Virus record (IMG/VR): IMGVR_UViG_3300011115_000879
Location: 95,568-159,567 of that record
Length of the DNA stretch: 64,000 nt
Origin: a virus
Reading direction: 5' to 3' (one strand)
Under the pieces are notes generated by a model. That model worked only from the letters and a program-made list of their open reading frames with translations, was not told the origin of the DNA and searched no databases. The translations under genes and the position numbers were made by a program. Positions 57,059 through 64,000 of this stretch are shown here, piece by piece (position 1 is the stretch's first letter; each line of letters starts with the position of its first letter).

Positions 57059-59134
57059 ATGGGTTTAATATTAAGACAAACAACAACTGCAAATAGTGGT
57101 AATACGTTATCAATAAAAGGAATAGCATTATCTTACACTGAAGGTGATGGTAATTTCATGTATTTATTAACTAATATGTCTGGTAGTAGTAATAGTATTA
57201 CTGGATCTACTAGTATATTAGGTGGGTTGAATGTAACTGGAGGAATAACAGGATCATTTAGTGGATCATTATTAGGAACAGCATCGTACGCTTCAAACGC
57301 TTCTGTGCAAACAATAGGAAGCTCATTATACTCAATCAACCCATCTACATCAGGATTTAGTACTTCTAATGGTATATTTTTAGGAAGTTCTGCGGGGTAT
57401 GGGGCTACTAATGCTTCTAATACTATTATGATGGGCGAAAGCGCCGGGTATACATCAACAGATGCTTCCGTTTCAGTTTTTATAGGATCACTAGCTGGTT
57501 ATACTGCTCCCTCAGCATCACGTTCTGTTTTTATAGGACGAGAAGCCGGATATTCAGCAACAAATGCTAGTCGATCAGTATTTTTAGGAAATTTAGCAGG
57601 AGAATATGCACCTAATGCAGCAAATGCCGTTTTTATAGGAGGTAATGCCGGATTAAGTTCAACAAGTGCTAGTGGATCTGTTTTTATAGGTTTTAATGCA
57701 GGAACATCCCAAGCCAATGCTAGTTATAGTACATTTATTGGATATCAAGCAGGAACTTGGCCATCAACTCTAGGATCTAATAATATAATAATTGGTACTA
57801 ATATAACTCTCCCAGCCGGCACAAAAGATTCAATCAATATAGGTGGTATTATATTTGCTACAGGATCATATGCAACTACAACAGGCAATCCATCTTCTTC
57901 AGCAATGCCTAATACTAGAGTAGGTATAGGAATATCCACACCATCCGCATCACTCCATGTATCAGGAACAGTAATGTTCCCTAACCTAACAGCAACATCA
58001 TCTTTATCTAATGTAATATTAATTGATACTACAACAGGACAACTATACTATACTTCATCAACAGCAGGAGGTATAAGCCCATTTGTTGTAGTAAACGGAA
58101 GTCAAATATCTAATGGAACTACAGCAACTGGATTCTATAGTGGTATATATACCGCAGTAACAGGAAGTTTTGGAGCACAAACTACTGATTGGAGTCCTAC
58201 CGGACTTGCAGGTTCATATATACAAATGTCACTAAGTGGATCTACAGGTAATATCCCGGGTAAAATAGATGTAATTAATAAAGGTACATCTAGTGGATCA
58301 TTACTTCTTAATACTAATGGTGGAAGTGTAGGAATAGGAGCAACAACATTTGATAGTACAAATCCAGAAAAATTATTAGTATCCGGATCTACTATTAATA
58401 CAATAGTAGGTAAAGCAAATATTAATAGTTACACTCAATTAAATATAAGCAATAAAAATGCAGGATCATCAGCATCATCCGATGTAGTAGCTACTAACGA
58501 TATAGGAACTGAAAGTGGTAATTTCATTAACATGGGTATTAATAGCTCTACATTTAATGGGGCTATCGGAACAGCAAGTGATGCTTATCTATACAATACA
58601 GGATCCACATTGTGGATAGGAAATGCAACACCAGGAGTAAGTGGTAGTATTAAATTCTTCGCTGGTAATAACACTACTTTAGTAGCTATGTTTATTTCAT
58701 CAAGTGGTAATATAGGCATAGGAACTACAACCCCATCATCATCACTAGATATAGATGGTGATCTTACAGTAAAACATATTAAAGGTAGAACAGTAGCACC
58801 AACAATAGTATCCGGATCCGGAGCAGGAACAGGAGCGACAGTCTCAATTACAGGTAGTAACTTAGCAGGAACAATAACATTAACAACAGCTGGAACACCA
58901 GCAGCAAATGCTACTATAGCTACAATATCATATAATACAATATTAACATCAGTTGGTTATCCTTTAATAACACCCGCAAATCTTAATTCTGCTGCACTTG
59001 GAATTACAGGATCAACAAAACCAGTATATGCTGATGTTGCAACTGCCTCTAACCTATCATTTATATTAAAATCCGGTACAACAGGATTAACAACAGGATT
59101 AACATACAGATGGTTCTATCATATAATGCAATAA
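57059..59134 (+). CDS. Fibre/adhesin protein with YadA-like 17-aa repeats (isolated cassette)
   Basis: N-terminal K..ALSY.E.DGNF.YL, about eight (S/A)VFIG..AG repeats, VGIG.STPS..L.V.G repeats; own promoter motif and flanking terminators. Confidence 0.7.
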   Translation: MGLILRQTTTANSGNTLSIKGIALSYTEGDGNFMYLLTNMSGSSNSITGSTSILGGLNVTGGITGSFSGSLLGTASYASNASVQTIGSSLYSINPSTSGFSTSNGIFLGSSAGYGATNASNTIMMGESAGYTSTDASVSVFIGSLAGYTAPSASRSVFIGREAGYSATNASRSVFLGNLAGEYAPNAANAVFIGGNAGLSSTSASGSVFIGFNAGTSQANASYSTFIGYQAGTWPSTLGSNNIIIGTNITLPAGTKDSINIGGIIFATGSYATTTGNPSSSAMPNTRVGIGISTPSASLHVSGTVMFPNLTATSSLSNVILIDTTTGQLYYTSSTAGGISPFVVVNGSQISNGTTATGFYSGIYTAVTGSFGAQTTDWSPTGLAGSYIQMSLSGSTGNIPGKIDVINKGTSSGSLLLNTNGGSVGIGATTFDSTNPEKLLVSGSTINTIVGKANINSYTQLNISNKNAGSSASSDVVATNDIGTESGNFINMGINSSTFNGAIGTASDAYLYNTGSTLWIGNATPGVSGSIKFFAGNNTTLVAMFISSSGNIGIGTTTPSSSLDIDGDLTVKHIKGRTVAPTIVSGSGAGTGATVSITGSNLAGTITLTTAGTPAANATIATISYNTILTSVGYPLITPANLNSAALGITGSTKPVYADVATASNLSFILKSGTTGLTTGLTYRWFYHIMQ

Positions 59135-59159
59135 TATAAAACATATAAAATTTAAAGTT

Positions 59160-59182
59160 GGGAACTGCAAAGTTCCCTTCTT
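59160..59182 (+). terminator. Intrinsic terminator overlapping a candidate polB promoter
   Basis: GGGAACT-GCAA-AGTTCCC-TTCTT; lies within GTTG-N21-TATATTTA (59157-59189). Confidence 0.7.
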
Positions 59183-59193
59183 ATATTTAACGT

Positions 59194-61776
59194 ATGTATC
59201 AATCAATATATTATGATCGCCCAACGTATACTTATTATCTAAGAGATGATGAGAAAGGCTGGATGGATTTCAAATACACACCAGAGTTATATAAGATAAC
59301 TCCAAATGGACCTCTAGAAACACTAGACGGTAAACGCGCAACTCCAGTCGACAAATACGAATGGCGCGATACTTCCCTATATGAACAAGACGTTGATAAA
59401 TGCACCCGCGTATTAATCGACCTATACAAGGACAGCGATGATGCTCCTAAATTTCAAAACATAGTATATTTCGATATTGAGTGTGAAATTGGTGGAACAT
59501 TAACCTCAGAGTACATCAAAACAGCACCAATGAAGATGACTTCAGTTGCTATATACGATGCTACTACTAAAAAACACTACTGTCTAATACTAGATGAAAA
59601 ACAACAACTTACTTCTATTGAAGAAGAAAATAGACAAGTAAAACCATACACTACAGAAGCAAACATGCTTTCAGCGTTTCTAGATTTATGGGAACAACTA
59701 GACCCAACTATCATTACAGGATGGAATAGTGGATTCTTCGATGTACCTTACATGTACTATAGAATATGTAACGTATTAGGTAAAGAACAAGCAGCTCGCC
59801 TATCACCAATCCGCAAATTTAACTTTACTGAATGGAATCAATCACAACCTATTGAAATAGGAGGTATTAATCATTTAGATTATATGTTACTATTTAAGAA
59901 GTTCATTGTAAAACAAGAACCATCATATAAATTAAATGATATAGGTACTAAATACGTTAAATTAGGTAAAGTAGATTATGAGGGTTCATTAGATAAATTA
60001 TTCATAGATGATATAAATAAATTCATTGAGTATAACATTCGCGACGTTGAAATCATTATTGAATTAGAAAAGAAATTAAAATTCATTGACCTAACAATCG
60101 CTATTGGTCATCTATGTCATACACCTTACGAGAAAATATACCTATCAACATCATTAAATGATGGAGCTATATTAACATACCTCAAACGTCAAGGTATAGT
60201 ATCACCAAACAAACCTACAACAACAAACCCTGCACTTAAAGAAAGCACAGATGATGAATACGCAGGTGGATACCTAAAAGAACCAGTACCTGGTCTATAC
60301 GAATGGGTTATTGATCTAGATTTTACCTCGTTATATCCGTCCATTATACGCTCACTTAATATTGGAATTGAAACGTTAGTAGGCCGTATTGTAAATAATG
60401 GTAAATACGATAACCAATGGACATATGCTGAATTAAAGGAAATGAATGGTGATGATCTAATAGTAATAGAAAAACTAAACGAAAATTTCACAACAACTAA
60501 AGCACAAGTATCTGTAAATAAAGTTGTAAACATGATTGAATCAAATCAATGGATTACAGCAGCATCAGGAGCAATATTTAGAACAGATAAATCATCAGTA
60601 GTATGTGAAGTACTAACAGATTGGTTCAATAAGCGAGTTGAATATAAGAACCTAATGAAGAAAGCCTATAAAGCAGGCGATGCTGAGAAAGGTGAATTCT
60701 ATAATAGACGTCAACACGCCTATAAGATTAAACTGAATGACGTTTATGGCTGCTACGCCATCAACGGATGGCGCTATACAGATGGACATAAGATTATATC
60801 ATCCGCCATTACATTAACAGGACAACGAGTAACACAAGAATCCATTAAATTCGTAAATAAATGGATGAATAAAAAACTAAACACAGTAGATAAAGATTAC
60901 GTTGTAACATCAGATACAGATTCACTATTCGTACAGGTAAAAGATATATTACTATTAAAAGGTATAGACACAACTAATAAAGAGGAATGCGTTAAAGGAA
61001 CATTAGAAATCGCCACCGAAGTACAGAAAGTAGCAAACGAATATATTGCTGAATTCGCAATGGAAGCGTTTCATATTCCAACAAACAGACAACACTTCTT
61101 CGAACTTAAACAAGAAGTAGTAATTGAACGAGGATACTTTGCAGGTAAACGTCGCTATGCAATGGCAATTGTAAATAAAGAAGGTGTACCTGTAGATGAA
61201 ATGATAATGATGGGATTAGATATGATGAAATCAAATATGCCTCCATTATATAAGAAATTCGGACATAGCCTACTAACAGAAATAATGGCTGGTAAACCCA
61301 AATTAGATATTGACAAGTACATAGTAGATTTTAAAACATCATTAGATCAATTACATTGGGGTGATTTAGCAAGACCTACAGGCGTTAAACAAATTAACTC
61401 ATACATTGCTAAACGCCCATCACCTGGAGAGATATTCAGTGAATTTAAATTAAAAGCACCTATTAACACAAAGGCAGCAGTATATTATAATGATTTGCTA
61501 AAATTTAAAAAAGCAGATAAAAAATACACAAGATTCACAGAAGGCGATAAAATGAAATATGTATCGCTGAAACCCAATCCATTTAACATCAACGTAATAG
61601 GCTTTACAGGATATAATGATCCTGAATTCATCACTTCATTTATTGACAAATATGTCGATAGAGAAGATGCATTCAATTCAGTACTATTAAATAAACTAAC
61701 AGGAATATATAGTGATCTAGGATGGGACTTTCCAGTATTAAATGCTAAAGTATTAAAATTCTTTAAATTCACATAA
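59194..61776 (+). CDS. DNA polymerase family B (gp43-like) with 3'-5' exonuclease
   Basis: FDIE, GWN...FD.PY, YNI.DV, DLDFTSLYPSII, KI.LN..YG, SDTDS, KRRYA. Confidence 0.95.
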   Translation: MYQSIYYDRPTYTYYLRDDEKGWMDFKYTPELYKITPNGPLETLDGKRATPVDKYEWRDTSLYEQDVDKCTRVLIDLYKDSDDAPKFQNIVYFDIECEIGGTLTSEYIKTAPMKMTSVAIYDATTKKHYCLILDEKQQLTSIEEENRQVKPYTTEANMLSAFLDLWEQLDPTIITGWNSGFFDVPYMYYRICNVLGKEQAARLSPIRKFNFTEWNQSQPIEIGGINHLDYMLLFKKFIVKQEPSYKLNDIGTKYVKLGKVDYEGSLDKLFIDDINKFIEYNIRDVEIIIELEKKLKFIDLTIAIGHLCHTPYEKIYLSTSLNDGAILTYLKRQGIVSPNKPTTTNPALKESTDDEYAGGYLKEPVPGLYEWVIDLDFTSLYPSIIRSLNIGIETLVGRIVNNGKYDNQWTYAELKEMNGDDLIVIEKLNENFTTTKAQVSVNKVVNMIESNQWITAASGAIFRTDKSSVVCEVLTDWFNKRVEYKNLMKKAYKAGDAEKGEFYNRRQHAYKIKLNDVYGCYAINGWRYTDGHKIISSAITLTGQRVTQESIKFVNKWMNKKLNTVDKDYVVTSDTDSLFVQVKDILLLKGIDTTNKEECVKGTLEIATEVQKVANEYIAEFAMEAFHIPTNRQHFFELKQEVVIERGYFAGKRRYAMAIVNKEGVPVDEMIMMGLDMMKSNMPPLYKKFGHSLLTEIMAGKPKLDIDKYIVDFKTSLDQLHWGDLARPTGVKQINSYIAKRPSPGEIFSEFKLKAPINTKAAVYYNDLLKFKKADKKYTRFTEGDKMKYVSLKPNPFNINVIGFTGYNDPEFITSFIDKYVDREDAFNSVLLNKLTGIYSDLGWDFPVLNAKVLKFFKFT

Positions 61777-61777
61777 C

Positions 61778-62011
61778 ATGATCCGTTTAAACGAAAGTAC
61801 CAAACAAATAAGAGTAGATACAACAATCCAAATTATAGAAAAAGATGGTACTGAAGTAACAGTACCAGTAGTAATACTGGTGGGTATAAGTAAATTAAAA
61901 GAACAACAACATTACAACATATATAAAATAGCAAATATATTATTCAATAAAGAATTTATATTAAATCGACAACCACTTACACCTAAAAAATCATGGTGGA
62001 AATTGTGGTAA
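61778..62011 (+). CDS. Hypothetical protein
   Basis: 77-aa ORF ending KKSWWKLW. Confidence 0.5.
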   Translation: MIRLNESTKQIRVDTTIQIIEKDGTEVTVPVVILVGISKLKEQQHYNIYKIANILFNKEFILNRQPLTPKKSWWKLW

Positions 62012-62039
62012 GTCAAAATAAAAGTTATATATTTAAGTT

Positions 62040-62765
62040 ATGAAAAAGTTATATTTAGAAGACATCATTGAAAAATACTACCTAGGTGGACTAGTAGAAC
62101 GTGTTAAAATTACAATCAAAGACAAAACACTAATTACTAAGTTCATATCTACTAAGAAAAACCTAGTAGGCAGTATCGAAGCACCAAACGTTACACTCGA
62201 AGATTGTGAATTTGGAGTATACGATACTAGTCAATTACTAAAACTAATTGGTATTACTGACCATTTCCTAGTATTGAACGTTGAAAAACACGGTAAAATA
62301 GCAAATAAGCTATTAATTGCTGACAACGAATATAATCTAGAATACGCATTAGCCGACACAATGTTAACACCTTCAGTACCATCAATTGAAGAACCAGAAT
62401 ATAATATGGTAGCGGATGTAGATACCGAATTTGTAACACGTTTCCTTAAAGCAAAGAAGGCATTAGGAACAGAGGTATTTATCGTTGAACAATCAACAGA
62501 CGTTGATGATAAACAAGCAATTAAGTTTACATTAGGTGGAACAGAAGGTTATACGAATAAAATTAACTTCACATTACCAACAACAAAACATTCAAGACCA
62601 GGTAAGATTACTAAATTTACATTAGAAGAATTCGGCGAAATATTAGCCGCAAATAAAGAGTTTAAATCAAGTGAATTAAGTGTATCCGAAGATGGATTAT
62701 TAAAAATTGAATTTCAAAACGAAGAAGGAGTAAAAGCTTCATATATTCTCGTCGGTAAGGACTAA
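62040..62765 (+). CDS. Probable sliding clamp (gp45-like)
   Basis: 241 aa, FGVYD..QLL..I, two-repeat size and composition, C-terminal GLL.I.F......Y.LV; follows polB. Confidence 0.6.
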   Translation: MKKLYLEDIIEKYYLGGLVERVKITIKDKTLITKFISTKKNLVGSIEAPNVTLEDCEFGVYDTSQLLKLIGITDHFLVLNVEKHGKIANKLLIADNEYNLEYALADTMLTPSVPSIEEPEYNMVADVDTEFVTRFLKAKKALGTEVFIVEQSTDVDDKQAIKFTLGGTEGYTNKINFTLPTTKHSRPGKITKFTLEEFGEILAANKEFKSSELSVSEDGLLKIEFQNEEGVKASYILVGKD

Positions 62766-62821
62766 TCCTCATATACGTATATACGCAAACATTAAGTTAT
62801 AACAATAAATAAAAGTTACAA

Positions 62822-63112
62822 ATGACAATCAAACCGTTACACAACCACGTCGTGGTTAAGCAAGTAGATGAAACCGAAACAATGTATGGTAACATCATCG
62901 TACCAGATGCAGGTAAAGAAAAACCATTAATGGGTGAAGTTATCGCAACAGGTCCCGGCATCATTAACATGAATGGAGTTTTAATTCCAAACACACTAGA
63001 AGTAGGACAAAAAGTAGTATTTCCATCATTTGGGGGACAACGTGTCGCTATTGATGGTGAAGATTATTTAATCTATAAAGAACAAGACATTTTCGCAATT
63101 TTAGAAGACTAA
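62822..63112 (+). CDS. groES: Co-chaperonin GroES
   Basis: IKPL...V.V, G.I.VPD..KEKP..G.V.A.GPG, G..V.F..FGG, E.DI.AI. Confidence 0.95.
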   Translation: MTIKPLHNHVVVKQVDETETMYGNIIVPDAGKEKPLMGEVIATGPGIINMNGVLIPNTLEVGQKVVFPSFGGQRVAIDGEDYLIYKEQDIFAILED

Positions 63113-63124
63113 AACCAATAACAA

Positions 63125-64000
63125 ATGAGTAAAGTAATCAGTTTCGACCGTGAAGCAAAACAAAAACTTCAAGCAGGTATCGATAAAGTAAACAAAGCAG
63201 TATCCGTTACAATGGGTCCCTTCGGACGTAACGTATTAATTGAAAAAGAACACGGCCAAGTAGCATCCACAAAGGATGGTGTTACAGTAGCAAAAACCAT
63301 TACATTGGAAGATCCAATTGAGAATATGGCCGCTACAGTAATTAAACAAGCCGCAGAAAAAACAGTAAATGCAGCAGGTGATGGAACAACAACATCAACC
63401 GTATTAGCGCATTCAATCGCCTCACAAGCGCTAGATGCTACATCTTACCCATCAACAAACGCAACACAAGTAAAGCGTGGTATTGAACAAGCAGTTAAGG
63501 TAGTAGTAGAGGAATTAAAAAGAATGTCTCGTCCTATCGAAAGCGAAGATCAAATCAAACAAATCGCTACATTATCAGCTAATGGTGATACTGAAATTGG
63601 TGAATTGGTAGCAACAGCACTTGATAAAGTAGGAAGGGACGGAGTAGTAACAGTAGAAGAGTCGCGTACTGGGGAAACTAGTTTAGAAGTAGTAGAAGGT
63701 ATGCAATTTGATAGAGGCTACAAATCACACTACATGGTAACAGATAACAATACAATGTCTGCTAACCTAACAGATGCATTAGTATTGCTAGTAGATGGTA
63801 GGATTTCAGCAGTAAAAGACCTTTTACCACTATTAGAATCAGTATCATCAGATAATAAATCATTATTGATTATTGCTGAAGATATTGATGGTGAAGCATT
63901 AGCAACGTTGATTGTAAATAAGATGAGAGGTATTTTGAAGGTAGCTGCTGTTAAAGCACCTGACTTTGGAGAACGTCGCTTATTGATCTTGGAAGATATT
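63125..64000 (+). CDS. groEL: Chaperonin GroEL (partial, runs off the window)
   Basis: [10 protein letters not shown]...GIDK...[61 protein letters not shown]. Confidence 0.95.
   Translation, partial: MSKVISFDREAKQKLQAGIDKVNKAVSVTMGPFGRNVLIEKEHGQVASTKDGVTVAKTITLEDPIENMAATVIKQAAEKTVNAAGDGTTTSTVLAHSIASQALDATSYPSTNATQVKRGIEQAVKVVVEELKRMSRPIESEDQIKQIATLSANGDTEIGELVATALDKVGRDGVVTVEESRTGETSLEVVEGMQFDRGYKSHYMVTDNNTMSANLTDALVLLVDGRISAVKDLLPLLESVSSDNKSLLIIAEDIDGEALATLIVNKMRGILKVAAVKAPDFGERRLLILEDI

Noticed and set aside
1-64000. tRNA/rRNA genes, introns, inteins and stop-codon reassignment
   Set aside because: No cloverleaf or rRNA-like stretch was seen. NrdA, NrdB, PolB, helicase and RecA are uninterrupted and of normal size, and TAG and TGA act as ordinary stops at expected gene ends.

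Overview
This is a 64-kb, AT-rich segment of a large T4-like (contractile-tailed) phage genome. All credible genes lie on the + strand. The host is probably Bacteroidota, inferred from TTTG-N19-21-TAnnTTTA-like promoters and weak Shine-Dalgarno use. About 1-38 kb is the virion module: end of a probable prohead protease, scaffold, two tandem major capsid genes, PhoH, neck and tail-completion proteins, Ser/Thr/Gly-rich fibres, three glycine-rich paralogs, sheath, tube, tail chaperone, tape measure, baseplate, and two hub/spike paralogs with different cell-wall hydrolase tips. About 38-64 kb is replication and metabolism: PolA-like protein, gp32-like SSB, UvsX/RecA, HNH, 5'-3' exonuclease, DnaB-like helicase, thioredoxin, NrdB/NrdA, a 7-deazaguanine DNA-modification cluster (queD, dpdA-like, queC, queE, folE), dUTPase-fold enzyme, an isolated fibre cassette, PolB, clamp, GroES and partial GroEL. 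The best candidate for an undescribed system is a two-tag head-cargo addressing system. Unlinked accessory genes start with either MKQPINEI(K/R)RMQQLAGLIxE, a near copy of the scaffold C-terminal helix IKRMQKLANII, or MIKL(T/I)DL(L/I)xE. Both tags end in a T4 gp21-type (L/I)xE cleavage site, and two of the cargos look like ADP-ribosyltransferases arranged as cassettes bounded by an exact 44-bp repeat. Other highlights are duplicated capsid and hub genes with identical DNA tracts next to swappable domains, an unannotated +1/-2 frameshift ORF before the tape measure gene, a pseudoknot resembling a preQ1-I riboswitch before queC, and a structured attenuator-like RNA in the fibre region. All functional calls come from motif recognition and gene order by eye; no database searches were run.
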